Assembly: GCA_963748625.1 (NCBI GenBank)
Contig: CAVVJT010000004.1
Coordinates: forward strand, 320,001-384,000
Source: an uncultured Chloroflexia bacterium
GTDB taxonomy: Bacteria; Chloroflexota; Limnocylindria; Limnocylindrales; CSP1-4
Direction: 5' to 3'
DNA length: 64,000 nucleotides
Below the pieces are notes generated by a model. It searched no databases, had not been told where the DNA came from, and saw only the letters and a list, made by a program, of their open reading frames with translations. This document shows positions 40,801 through 50,728 of this stretch, in pieces. How positions within the stretch are numbered: position 1 is the stretch's first letter; each line of letters starts with the position of its first letter. A program made the position numbers and the translations under genes.

Positions 40801-40986
40801 CGCACGGTTGGCACCGCGCAGGTTCCAGCGCGGTGACGGCGCCCGTTGCGTCCGGGTCACGTTTCGCGGCCGGTTCGGCACGCAACCTCACGCCCCCTTG
40901 AACTGCTCCCTGCCGCGTGCGTAGGGTCCGCCCCAGGGTCAGCGTCGCGTCTTCCTGGGTCGCGACGATCCTGGGCGGAGGTCACG

Positions 40987-42882
40987 ATGCGCAAGGGCAC
41001 ACCGGCACCGGCCATGCGCCGGGTTCCCGAGCCGCCTCCGGACGACTCCCCCGTCCTCGCCTTCCTGCGCCGGCTCCACGAGCAGCACCTCCCGCTTACC
41101 GCCGGCGAGGTCGCCACCTACATTCCCGAGCTCGCAACCGCCGATCCAGGCGCCTTCGGCATCGTGATCGCCACCGTTGACGGGGCCCTGTACGAGGTGG
41201 GCGACACCGCAACCCCGTTCACGATCCAGTCGATGTCCAAGCCGCTCACGTACGCGGCGATCCTTGAGGTCCACGGCGAGGCTGCCGTCCGGCGCCGGAT
41301 CGGCGTGGAGCCCACGGGCGACGCCTTCAACGCGATCACGCTCAAGACTGCCGCCGGCACCCCGCTCAACCCGATGGTGAACGCCGGCGCGATCGCCGCC
41401 GTGGGCATGGTTGGTGGCGGCGGTTCCGATGGGCGGACGTCCGCCCTCCTGGGGGCGTACGCACGCTTCACGGGCCGCCCGCTCGTGATCGACGAGGCGG
41501 TCTATCGCTCCGAGTGCGATACCGGTCACCGCAACCGTGCCATCGCCCACCTGCTGCGCAGCACCGGCGTGCTCGACGACGATCCTGATGCCGTCGCCGA
41601 CGCCTACTTCCGCCAGTGCTCCGTGCAGGTGGACACCCGTGATCTCGCGGTGATTGCCGCGACACTCGCGAATGGCGGCCTGCACCCGCTCACTGGCGTG
41701 CGCGCCGCCTCGGCGTCCACGGTCCAGGACGTGCTGTCGGTGATGGCGACCTGCGGCATGTACGACGGCGCGGGCGAGTGGCTGTTCGAGGTCGGCCTGC
41801 CGGCCAAGAGTGGCGTGTCCGGGGGAATCCTTGCCGTCCTGCCGGGCCGCCTGGGGATCGGCGTCTGGTCACCGCCCCTCGACACCCACGGCAACAGCGT
41901 CCGGGGCGTCGCTGTCTGCCGGGCGCTTGCCGCGGAGCTCGAGCTGCACCTTGTGCGCGGGCAACGCGACGCCGGGCCCATCCGCACCCGCGCGGCGGTC
42001 GCCGCCTTCCCCTCGAAACGGTTCCGCTCCCCTGGAGAGCGCGCGCGCCTGCAGGACGAGCCTGCCGCCTCGATGGTCCTGGAGGTTCAGGGCGATCTCA
42101 CGTTCGTGGCCGCCGAACGGGTCGTCCGCGAGGCGCTGCCGACCGGCGCGGCGCCGGTCGCGGTGCTGATCGACCTGCGCCGTGTGAGCCGCGTGGACCC
42201 GGCGGTCGCCGTGCTGCTCGCCGATCTCGTGGGAGCGCTCGGCAGGCGGGGTGCTGCCGTTGCGTGGAGCGGGACGACGGACCATGCCGCCATCCTGAGC
42301 CGCGTGGACGAGATCCTCCGCGAGGAGAGGCTCGCCCCACCTGTCCGCCTGCCCGACCTGGACCTCGGCCTGGAGTGGGCCGAGGAGGTGGTGCTGGCAA
42401 GACGGGGCACGCCCATGACGATGACCCGCCCGGCGAACCAGTACGTGTCTCTCGACCGGCACCCCGCGATGGCCGGCCTCGACGAGTCGGGCGCCGCGAC
42501 GCTTGCGGCCAGCATGCACCGGCGCCACTGGAAGGCTGGAGACACGATCCTGCGCCGGGGCGAGCCGGCCGAGAGCCTGCTGCTCATCACGGGTGGGCGG
42601 CTGTCGGTCTGGGTTCCGCTGGGCGGCGCCGAGGCGAGGCGGATCGCGACGCTCGAGGCCGGGATGATGGTAGGCGAGCTCTCGTTCCTCGGGCGCGAGC
42701 GGCGCACAGCGGACGTGGAGGCCGATACCGACGTTGAGGCCTGGGTGCTCGACGCCGATGCGTTCGACCAGCTATCGGCCCAGGACCCGCAGATCACGGC
42801 CACCTTCCTCCGAACGCTGCTGCGCATCGTTGCCGGAATCGCGCGCCGGATGACCGACGAGGTGGCGCTGCTCGCGAGCTGA
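40987..42882 (+). CDS. glsA: Glutaminase A fused to STAS-like and cNMP-binding domains
   Basis: GEVATYIPELA, FTIQSMSKP, NPMVNAGAI, TCGMYD, PAKSGVSGG, GNSVRG; C-terminal GELSFL..ERRTADV. Confidence 0.92.
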   Translation: MRKGTPAPAMRRVPEPPPDDSPVLAFLRRLHEQHLPLTAGEVATYIPELATADPGAFGIVIATVDGALYEVGDTATPFTIQSMSKPLTYAAILEVHGEAAVRRRIGVEPTGDAFNAITLKTAAGTPLNPMVNAGAIAAVGMVGGGGSDGRTSALLGAYARFTGRPLVIDEAVYRSECDTGHRNRAIAHLLRSTGVLDDDPDAVADAYFRQCSVQVDTRDLAVIAATLANGGLHPLTGVRAASASTVQDVLSVMATCGMYDGAGEWLFEVGLPAKSGVSGGILAVLPGRLGIGVWSPPLDTHGNSVRGVAVCRALAAELELHLVRGQRDAGPIRTRAAVAAFPSKRFRSPGERARLQDEPAASMVLEVQGDLTFVAAERVVREALPTGAAPVAVLIDLRRVSRVDPAVAVLLADLVGALGRRGAAVAWSGTTDHAAILSRVDEILREERLAPPVRLPDLDLGLEWAEEVVLARRGTPMTMTRPANQYVSLDRHPAMAGLDESGAATLAASMHRRHWKAGDTILRRGEPAESLLLITGGRLSVWVPLGGAEARRIATLEAGMMVGELSFLGRERRTADVEADTDVEAWVLDADAFDQLSAQDPQITATFLRTLLRIVAGIARRMTDEVALLAS

Positions 42883-42903
42883 CCGGTGGACGCCGGACAC
42901 AGG

Positions 42904-42939
42904 ACGACGGCCCGGGTGCTCTCACGCCCGGGCCGTCGT
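42904..42939. terminator. Hairpin between convergent glsA and secreted-protein genes
   Basis: ACGACGGCCCGGG...CCCGGGCCGTCGT. Confidence 0.6.
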
Positions 42940-42976
42940 GGGTGTCGCTCCTGTCCCCTCGCGGGGTCCTGTGAGC

Positions 42977-43621
42977 CTAGCGGCGGGTCGCCTTCCTGCG
43001 GGCCGGCACCGCGACCACCAGCGCGATCGCCGCGGCGAGGCCGAAGACGATCACGCCGAAGCCGATGCCCGGGTCAGACCCGGTCACGCCAGCGTCCGTG
43101 GGCGGCGGGGTGATCCGCGGCGTCCCGGTGACCGCCTCGACAGAACTGCTCGGCGAGGCCGACGGCGGGTTGCTCGGCGGGTTGCTGGGCGGGGGAGGCG
43201 GCGGCGGGTTGCTCGGCGGAGTGCTCGGCGGGGCGCTCGGCTCCTTGCACGCCTCGAGGTCGAGGGTGTAGGTCTTGGTCCAGCCCTTCGAGCCGGTGGG
43301 ATCGTCCCAGGCCATGATGGCGACTGTTGCCGTGTGGCTCGCATACGGGTCCAGCCCGCCCCAAGTCCGGGTGAACGTGCTGCCGAACGTGAACGGCGAC
43401 CCGTCAACGGCAGCATCGTCGATCGCGACCGCGACCGAGTTCGTCTTCCCGTCCTGGGTGCTGTAGTACTTCAACTCCACCTTGAGCCCCGCGTCGCAGG
43501 TGAGCGACACCTTCGGCGTGTGGGCAAAGGCGCTGGTCGCGGAGACCAGCAGGAGCACGGCGGCGGCGACGCCGGCCAGCGCGGTACGGGTGCGGGCGCT
43601 CGCCCGGATTCCAGTGGCCAT
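42977..43621 (-). CDS. Secreted/surface protein with Pro-rich stalk and C-terminal PPTD-TM-basic tail
   Basis: AFA-H signal cleavage site; Cys-bounded beta domain; (PPSN)n linker; PRITPPPTDA, TM, RRKATRR. Confidence 0.75.
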   Translation of the reverse strand: MATGIRASARTRTALAGVAAAVLLLVSATSAFAHTPKVSLTCDAGLKVELKYYSTQDGKTNSVAVAIDDAAVDGSPFTFGSTFTRTWGGLDPYASHTATVAIMAWDDPTGSKGWTKTYTLDLEACKEPSAPPSTPPSNPPPPPPPSNPPSNPPSASPSSSVEAVTGTPRITPPPTDAGVTGSDPGIGFGVIVFGLAAAIALVVAVPARRKATRR

Positions 43622-43822
43622 GTCAGAACCCCTTCCCCGGTGTTCGCGTGTCCGGCGCGCGTCCCTGGCACGGGAGGCAGCGCACCGTCCGGCCATGGGA
43701 GCCGGCGAGGATCACGCTTCGACAGTACTACCGCAAGGGGGGACTTCGGTACTAGACGATTGACGCAGGCGCACCAGAGACGGTGCGCCGTGGCACCGCG
43801 AAACCCTGCCCGTCGCGGATGA

Positions 43823-45028
43823 TCAGGAGGACTGGGTGAAGCCCTGCGCCGGCCACGGCTCGCAGCGGAGCGGCCGGTCCTCGCGGTAGCCGAGGGCATA
43901 GTCCGCCTGGATCAGCGTGTGGAGCTGGCTCGTCCCCTCGTAGATCACCGCGGCCTTGGAGTTGCGCAGGTACCGCTCCACCGGGAACTCGTTCGAGTAG
44001 CCGTTGGCTCCGTGGATCTGGATCGCGTCGAGCGCCGCCTGGACCGAGTGGTCGGTCGCGTGCCACTTGGCGAGCGACGTCTCCCTCGTGTTGCGGAGGC
44101 CCTGGTTCTTCAGCCAGCCGGCCCGCCAGACGAGCAGGCGCCCGATCTCGGTGCCCTTGGCCATGTTGGCGATCATCTGCTTGACGAGCTGGTGCCGGCC
44201 GATCTCCTGGCCGAAGGTCTCGCGCTCGTGGGCGTACTTCACGGACGCGTCGAGACAGGCCTGCGCGAGGCCGACGGCGCCCGCGGCCACGGTGAAGCGG
44301 CCCTGGTCGATGGCGCTCATCGCGACGAGGAAGCCCTCGCCCTCCTCGCCGATGCGGTTCTCGACAGGGACACGCACATTGTCGAAGTTGATGAGGCCGG
44401 TGTTGCCCGCCCGGATGCCCAGCTTGCCGTGGAGGGTGCCCGTCGTGAGCCCTTCCATCCCCCGCTCCACCACGAACGCGGTGACGCCCTTGTGCTTCCT
44501 GCTCCGGTCCACCGACGCGAACACCAGGAAGGTGTCCGCAATGTCGGCAAGGCTGATCCAGATCTTGCCGCCGTTGAGGACGTAGGAGTCGCCATCCCGT
44601 CGGGCGGTGGTGGCGAGGTTGCCTGCATCCGTGCCAACGCCCGGCTCCGTGAGGCCGAACGTGGCGAGCTTCTCGCCCTTCGCCTGCGGCACCAGCCAGC
44701 GCTGCTTCTGCTCCTCGGTCCCCCACTGCAGCAGCGTGAGGGAGTTCAGGCCGACGTGGACGCTCTGGACAACCCTGAACGAGGTGTCGGCGCGCTCGAG
44801 CTCCTCGCACAGGATCGCGAAGGAGATGTAGTCCATCCCCAGGCCGCCGTACTGCTCCGGGATCGGGGCGCCCAGGAACCCCAGCTCACCCATCCTGGTG
44901 AAGACCTCGCGGTGGACCTCGCCGTTGGCGTCCCACTCCCGGATGTTGGGCAGGATCTCCGCCTCCACGAAGGCGCGGGCGGTATCACGGACGAGACGGT
45001 TCTCGTCGGTCAGCGAGAAGTCGATCAT
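43823..45028 (-). CDS. Acyl-CoA dehydrogenase
   Basis: FGLTEPGVGTD, NGGKIWIS, KLGIRA, QIHGANGY, IYEGTSQ. Confidence 0.93.
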   Translation of the reverse strand: MIDFSLTDENRLVRDTARAFVEAEILPNIREWDANGEVHREVFTRMGELGFLGAPIPEQYGGLGMDYISFAILCEELERADTSFRVVQSVHVGLNSLTLLQWGTEEQKQRWLVPQAKGEKLATFGLTEPGVGTDAGNLATTARRDGDSYVLNGGKIWISLADIADTFLVFASVDRSRKHKGVTAFVVERGMEGLTTGTLHGKLGIRAGNTGLINFDNVRVPVENRIGEEGEGFLVAMSAIDQGRFTVAAGAVGLAQACLDASVKYAHERETFGQEIGRHQLVKQMIANMAKGTEIGRLLVWRAGWLKNQGLRNTRETSLAKWHATDHSVQAALDAIQIHGANGYSNEFPVERYLRNSKAAVIYEGTSQLHTLIQADYALGYREDRPLRCEPWPAQGFTQSS

Positions 45029-45154
45029 GGGTGTCGCCTCTGGGCACGGGCGCGGGTTCGAGGGGCACGCGCCGATGCGCCCGATCCTACCCCCGCGCGA
45101 TCCGGCCGGCGGCCCCGTTCCCGGTGGGTGCCCGCCGCTGCCTATACTCCGCCC

Positions 45155-46457
45155 GTGGACACCAACGACGCCTCCGACGCCCTCGATCTCGCCGCCCTCG
45201 CGGCTCCCAACATGTCGCCGGTCCTGGGCCGGTACATGGACCGCAGCTGGTCCCACGGGATCGGTCACCGCCTGTACGACACGTCCGGGCGCGCGTTCCT
45301 CGACTTCGCAAACGGGATCGCGGTCACGGCCCTCGGGCACACCCACCCGCGCGTGACCGCTGCCATCCACGCCCAGGTGGACAAGCTCATCGGCCCGGTC
45401 CACGCGCTCGGGTTCGCGGAGTCGACGGTGGAGCTGGCGAGCAAGCTTGCGGCGACATTCCCGGACCCGCTGGACACGGTCATGTTCCTCAACTCCGGCT
45501 CCGAGACCATCGACGGCGCCCTCAAGCTGGCCCGTCGCGCGACCGGCCGCCCGGCGATCATCTCGTTCCGCGGCGCCTTCCACGGCCGCACGATCGGCGC
45601 CACGAGCGTCACCAGCTCCAGCCTCAACTATCGCCGGGGCTACGAGCCGCTGATGCCGTCCATCTACCAGACCGTGTACCCGGCCGTGTACCGCTACTAC
45701 GGCGGCGATGAGGACAAGGCGGTCAAGGACGGACTCAAGCACTTCGACGGCCTCCTCGCCACTACCGTGGCCCCGCAGGACGTTGCGGCGGTGATCATCG
45801 AAGCCGTCCAGGGCGAGGGCGGCTACTACCCGGCGCCCGCCGCGTTCCTCCAGGGCCTCCGCGAGCGGTGCGACCAGCACGGCATCCTGCTCATCGCCGA
45901 CGAGGTCCAGTCCGGGCTTCGGGCGCACCGGAAGGATGTGGGCCTTCGAGCACGCGGGCATCGTGCCCGACGTGGTCACGACCGCCAAGGCGATCGCGAA
46001 CGGGCTGCCCCTGTCGGCGATCATCACCAGCCACGAGCTCCAGGAGCGCTGGGGCAAGGGCGCCCACGGCACCACGTACGGCGGCAACCCGTCGCCTGCG
46101 CGGCAGGCGTCGCCGTCCTCGACACCATCGCCGACGAGAACCTGGTGGAGAACGTCCGCCTTCGCGGCGCCGAGCTGACGCGCCGGTCTCCGCGAGCTCA
46201 TGGCCGAGCACCCGGGCATCGGCGACGTGCGCGGGCCCGGCCTGATGATCGGCGTCGAGTTCGTGAAGGATCGCGCCACCCGCGAGCCGGACGGCGGCAG
46301 GGCCGACGCGGTCACCGCCGCCTGCGCGGATGCAGGGCTGCTGCTGCTCTCCTGCGGGATCCAGCACCAGGTCGTGCGGTGGATTCCGCCGCTCGATGTG
46401 ACCGTGCCGGAGATCGAGGAGGCCCTGGGGATCTTCGAGGGCGCCGTCGCAGGCTGA
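45155..46457 (+). CDS. Class III PLP aminotransferase (GabT-like) interrupted by three 1-nt indels
   Basis: DFANGIAV, NSGSE, FHGRT, EAVQGEGG, DEVQSG / (F)GRTG..WAFEH..AKAIANG...TYGGNP / DVRGPGLMIG; frame changes near 45915, 46090 and 46181. Confidence 0.8.
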
Positions 46458-46480
46458 CGCGCCTGTTTGGGCCAGCCCGA

Positions 46481-46675
46481 TCAGCGGTTGCGAGCCAGGA
46501 ACGCCATCACATCATCGAGGCGGAAGCGACGATCGCCGCGCTTGCACACCCGGTAGAACGGTAGTTCACCGCGATCGCCAAGCCGCTTCACCGTGTTGAC
46601 GTGGAGGTGGAGCATCTCTGCCACCTCACTCGCCGTGAGCATGGGCCCAAGGTCGCGAACCATCATCGACGCCAT
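46481..46675 (-). CDS. Small stand-alone HTH_17/excisionase-family (BldC-like) DNA-binding protein
   Basis: MLTASEVAEMLHLHVNTVKRLGDRGELPFYRVCKRGDRRFRLDDV; GAGGA SD. Confidence 0.85.
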   Translation of the reverse strand: MASMMVRDLGPMLTASEVAEMLHLHVNTVKRLGDRGELPFYRVCKRGDRRFRLDDVMAFLARNR

Positions 46676-47255
46676 ACGAGAGATCCTCTGTCGCTCCGAG
46701 GGCCGGCTCCCACCGAATGGGCACTGCGGTGCGGTCCGGCTCGCTGCTGAGCAGAGTGTCGGTGTCGGATGGGGTCGCGAACAGGCGTACTCTCGGGTGG
46801 TCGTGGTACCAGCGCGATCGGAACCGCACCCGACCACACCCCACCCCGCGCGACGCCTCGCGAGCCGTCCTGAGCGTGCCGGGCCCATCCGCAAGGACCA
46901 CCTCCAGTACCACTGGGGCAGGACGGAGGACCAAGGGCCCAGAACTCGGCCGGCGCGAGCATGCGGACAGGGCAGCCGGGGGCCGGGCCATGCCATGGGG
47001 GACGGGAGGGACCCGATAGGGCCGGGGGCGCGCGAGCGGCGCTTGGGGGCACATCCACGCGTCGATCGATCGCGACCGCCAGCCCCCGGGCGTCGCTCCC
47101 GGCGCCAGAGGCGCCGGGTGACGTGTGCATTGTGCGGTGGCCCGGCGCGTCCTGCACGCTCCTGTTGCAGGATCTGGTGCGACGGCGCACCAGTCGTGCG
47201 CGTCAGGAGGGCCGGCGCACCACGCTGAGCCATGGCCGCGCCCGGACGACCATGG

Positions 47256-47588
47256 TCAGACGACCTCCACGAGCTCCAGCTCGGGGGTCGGCGGGAACGA
47301 GCGCAGCTCCGAGCAGGACGGGCAGACCGCCTGGCCGGGGCCGATCACGTCATCGTGGCCCAGCGCACCACTGAACCCGCACGGGCAGGCCAGGCGGACC
47401 GGGAACTCGTTCGCCTCCAGCTCGGCTCCGTCGAGCGGCCCACCAGCGGTGAGCATCGCCCAGGCCTGCTCGAAGACATCGGCAGGGATGGTGGAGGCGT
47501 AGCGGATCACCACGCGCTTCGCTCGCGGTCCCTCCAACCGCGCGACCGCGGCATCCACCAGGTCCGCGACCAGGGCCACCTCATGCAC
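47256..47588 (-). CDS. hypA: HypA-like nickel metallochaperone
   Basis: N-terminal MHE; CPCG...CPSC zinc site; last gene of the hox operon. Confidence 0.75.
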   Translation of the reverse strand: MHEVALVADLVDAAVARLEGPRAKRVVIRYASTIPADVFEQAWAMLTAGGPLDGAELEANEFPVRLACPCGFSGALGHDDVIGPGQAVCPSCSELRSFPPTPELELVEVV

Positions 47589-48057
47589 GGCGCTGCTCCT
47601 CCACCAGGTCGATCACCACGCGGGTGGCATCGGCCACCCCAGCCTCCACCTCGGGAGTCAACTGCTCCCCTACCTCGAGCGAGCGTACGCCGATGCTGAT
47701 CACCACGGTGGGCGGAGCCGCACCGAACAGGCCGAGCGCCAGCCCGAGCAGGCTCTGCGGCTCCAGGTGGTGGGTCATGGACGGATCGGCGTCACCCGAC
47801 GCCTCCACGTGCCGGACGCTGACCTCGCCGGGCGGGGGGCCCTCGGCCGCATCCACGAGGATGAGCAGCGACGCGGACGCGGCATCCACCGCCAGCTCGG
47901 GGGTGAGCTGGTGGGCCGTGCGCACGTCCACGCCGGCCATGCGGGGGTCGGCGGCGACCCGTTCGGCCACCGCAGGTCCTGCGCCGTCGTCGGTCCGGAG
48001 CGGGTTGCCGTACCCCACGACGAGGACGGCGCCCACGGCCGGACCGACATCCGTCAC
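47581..48057 (-). CDS. hoxW: Hydrogenase maturation protease (HoxW-like)
   Basis: GYGNPLRTDDGAG, HQLTPE, LVDA, MTHH. Confidence 0.85.
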   Translation of the reverse strand: MTDVGPAVGAVLVVGYGNPLRTDDGAGPAVAERVAADPRMAGVDVRTAHQLTPELAVDAASASLLILVDAAEGPPPGEVSVRHVEASGDADPSMTHHLEPQSLLGLALGLFGAAPPTVVISIGVRSLEVGEQLTPEVEAGVADATRVVIDLVEEQRRA

Positions 48058-49475
48058 CGGGTGATCTCGGACATCACAGCTCCGTCGGGCGCCAGCAGCT
48101 GCACGCGGAGCGCCATCTTCCCCAGGGCGTGGGTGGAGCAGGAGAGGCACGGGTCGTAGCAGCGGATGACCGCCTCGACCCGGTTGAGCATCGACTCCTC
48201 GAGCTTGTCGGCCTTCACATACTTGCGCGCGACCTGGAGGACTGCGCGGTTCATCGCCGCGTTGTTGTGCCCCGTGGCGATCACGAGGTTCGCCCACTCG
48301 ACCAGGCCGTCATCGTCCACCTTGTAGTGGTGCATCAGCGTCCCGCGGGGAGCCTCGGACACGCCGATGCCCTCGTTGCGGTTGATGCCGGCCGTGGCCA
48401 GGGTGTGCTTGTCGAGGATGTCAGGGCCGCGCAGCAGCTCCTCGATCTTCTCGACGGCGTGGAGGGTGTCGATCAGGCGGGCGTAGTGATAGTGGAAGCT
48501 GGAGCCCGCGATCCGGCCGACGCGCCAGCGGAACTTCTCCAGCTCCTCGTCGGCGCGCGGGGTTCCGCACTTCTCCGCCACGTTGAGGCGCGCGAGCGGC
48601 CCCACCCGATAGATGCCATCGGGGTAGCCCATGGGCTTCCAGTAGGTCGTCTTGAGATACGACCAGGGCTCCACGGCCTCGCCGATGTAGTCGTTGAACG
48701 ACTTCGGATCGATCTTGTCGGCGAGGAAGTGGCCGTCGGCATCCACGACCCGGATCCAGCCGCCGTAGTGGTCCACGTTGCCGTCGCGGTCAACGAGGCC
48801 CATGAATGCGGAGCGGAAGTTGCCGAGGGAGGCGGCCTCCTCCTCCCAGCGGAGCATGTCGTGCTTGTACCAGGCGATGGCCCGCTCGGTGGCGGCGATC
48901 GCGTCGGGGACCCCGGCGAGGATCCGGTCGCGGACCTCGGCCGTGAGCTGGAAGGCCACGCCTCCGGGCACGATGCCGGTCGGGTGGATCCGCTTGCCGC
49001 CCAGCCACTCGATGATCTGCTGGCCCCACTTGCGCAGGGCGATGCCGTCCTTGGCGAGTGCCGGATTGGCGTTCGCCACGCCGATGATGTTGCGGATGGC
49101 GGGGTCGGCGTCGAACCCGAACAACAGGTCGGGTGACGAGAGGTGGAAGAACGAAAGGGCGTTCGACTGGACGATCTGGCCCAGGTTGATGACGCGGCGC
49201 AGGTCGGCGCCCGTGGGCGTCGGCTCGACGGCCATGATGTCGTCCACGGCCTTCGCCGAGGCGACGAGGTGGCTGACCGGGCAGATGCCGCAGATGCGGG
49301 CCATCAGGGCCGGCATCTCGTGGACCGGGCGGCCCTGGGTGATCCGCTCGAAGCCGCGGAACTGCGTCACGTGGAAGTGCGCGTCCACGACCTCGCCGCG
49401 ATCGTCCACCTGGATGGTGATCTTGGAATGGCCTTCGATCCGGGTGACGGGATCGATCGTGATGGTCTGGCTCAT
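48054..49475 (-). CDS. hoxH: Group 3d bidirectional [NiFe]-hydrogenase large subunit
   Basis: DPVTRIEGHSKI, RICGICPVSH, FFHLSSPD, EAPRGTL, IATGHN, YDPCLSCSTH. Confidence 0.95.
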   Translation of the reverse strand: MSQTITIDPVTRIEGHSKITIQVDDRGEVVDAHFHVTQFRGFERITQGRPVHEMPALMARICGICPVSHLVASAKAVDDIMAVEPTPTGADLRRVINLGQIVQSNALSFFHLSSPDLLFGFDADPAIRNIIGVANANPALAKDGIALRKWGQQIIEWLGGKRIHPTGIVPGGVAFQLTAEVRDRILAGVPDAIAATERAIAWYKHDMLRWEEEAASLGNFRSAFMGLVDRDGNVDHYGGWIRVVDADGHFLADKIDPKSFNDYIGEAVEPWSYLKTTYWKPMGYPDGIYRVGPLARLNVAEKCGTPRADEELEKFRWRVGRIAGSSFHYHYARLIDTLHAVEKIEELLRGPDILDKHTLATAGINRNEGIGVSEAPRGTLMHHYKVDDDGLVEWANLVIATGHNNAAMNRAVLQVARKYVKADKLEESMLNRVEAVIRCYDPCLSCSTHALGKMALRVQLLAPDGAVMSEITR

Positions 49476-49488
49476 CGTGCGGGCTCCC

Positions 49489-50018
49489 TCAGCGCCCGAA
49501 CCGGGCGCCGGCGACCTCGGGGGTCCTCCCGGACAGCAGGTCGTCGAGCAGGGTGTAGATCAGGTCCGCGGATGGCGGGCATCCGGGCAGGAACACGTCC
49601 ACGTCCACGAACCGGTTGACCGGCTGCGAGGTGGGCAGCAGCTGCGGGACCACCACATCGGGGATCATCGGGTTGATATCGACGTTCTCGAGATAGGCGC
49701 GCCGCAGGAGCGGCGGCACCCCGATCGGATTGCGCATGCCTGGGACATTGGATGTGACGGCGCAGTCGCCGAAGGCGATCAGCACCTTGGTCCGGGCCCG
49801 GACGGTCATGATCCGCTCGAGGTCGTCCTCGGACGAGACAGAGCCTTCGACGAGGCAGACGTCCACGCCCTCGGGGAACTCCTTGACGTCCACGAGCGGG
49901 CCGTACACGAGGTCGGCTCGCGCGAAGATGTCCAGCAGTCGCTCGTCGAGGTCGACGAGCACATGTGACAGCCCGAGCAGCCGTCGAGCCAGACCGTGGC
50001 GACACGCGGCTTGCTCAC
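49489..50018 (-). CDS. hoxY: Bidirectional hydrogenase small subunit with a 1-nt deletion near 49960
   Basis: MSKPRVATVWLDGCSGCHM continues as LVDLDERL...FGDCAVT...PGCPP in another frame. Confidence 0.85.
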
Positions 50019-50728
50019 AGTCCTCGCTCCTCCTGGTGCACCCGGAGCCAGGGCAGGAACGGGCGCTTATCCTTGGTGCCGGCCGCGACCGGCCGGCCTT
50101 TCTCGAACAGGGCCCCGACGGGGCAGACCTGGACGCACTTTCCGCAGCTGGTGCAGGTGGTGGACTCGCCCCACGGGATGCCCATGTCCGCCTGGACCCG
50201 GGTCTCGAGTCCGCGGTGCATGACATCCCAGACGTGGGCGCCCTCGATCTCGTCGCACACCCGCACGCAGCGCAGGCACAGGATGCAGCGGTTGTGGTCG
50301 AGGCCGAACAGCTTGTGCGAGAGGTCCACGTCGACCTTCGGGCTGATCCGCGGCAGGTCGAAGTGGGTCACCCGCAGGTCGTCGGCGAGCTCCTGGAGCT
50401 CGCAGTGGTTGTTGGCGACGCAGACGGCGCAGACGTGGTTGCGCTCGAGGAAGATCATCTCCGTCGCCACTCGGCGGTACTCGGTGAGGTCGTCGTCGTG
50501 CGCGGTGACCTGCATCCCCTCGCTGATCTGGGTGACGCAGGCTGCAGCGAGCTTGGGCGAGCCCGCGACCTTCACGACACACAGGCGGCATGCGCCCCGG
50601 TCGTGGATGCCGGGCATGTGGCACAGGCCCGGGATGTCGATCCCGTTCTCCTCGGCCACCTCCATGATGCTCTGGCCCTCGTTGCCGGCGACGTCCCGGC
50701 CATCGATGGTCAGCGTGTAGACGGTCAT
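50015..50728 (-). CDS. hoxU: Bidirectional hydrogenase diaphorase Fe-S subunit
   Basis: IPGLC, GACRLC, ERNHVCAVC, CILCLRCVRVC, CTSCGKCVQVCP. Confidence 0.93.
   Translation of the reverse strand: MTVYTLTIDGRDVAGNEGQSIMEVAEENGIDIPGLCHMPGIHDRGACRLCVVKVAGSPKLAAACVTQISEGMQVTAHDDDLTEYRRVATEMIFLERNHVCAVCVANNHCELQELADDLRVTHFDLPRISPKVDVDLSHKLFGLDHNRCILCLRCVRVCDEIEGAHVWDVMHRGLETRVQADMGIPWGESTTCTSCGKCVQVCPVGALFEKGRPVAAGTKDKRPFLPWLRVHQEERGL

Noticed and set aside
43140-43240. Repetitive DNA inside the 42977-43621 gene
   Set aside because: Explained by the encoded PPSN/PPST linker.
43823-46564. Overlapping 830-aa and 881-aa ORFs suggesting fusions
   Set aside because: They are read-through extensions of two divergent genes, the acyl-CoA dehydrogenase and the aminotransferase.
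46481-46675. Prophage or ICE implied by the excisionase-family HTH
   Set aside because: No integrase, att repeats or phage genes nearby; the flanks are metabolic genes.
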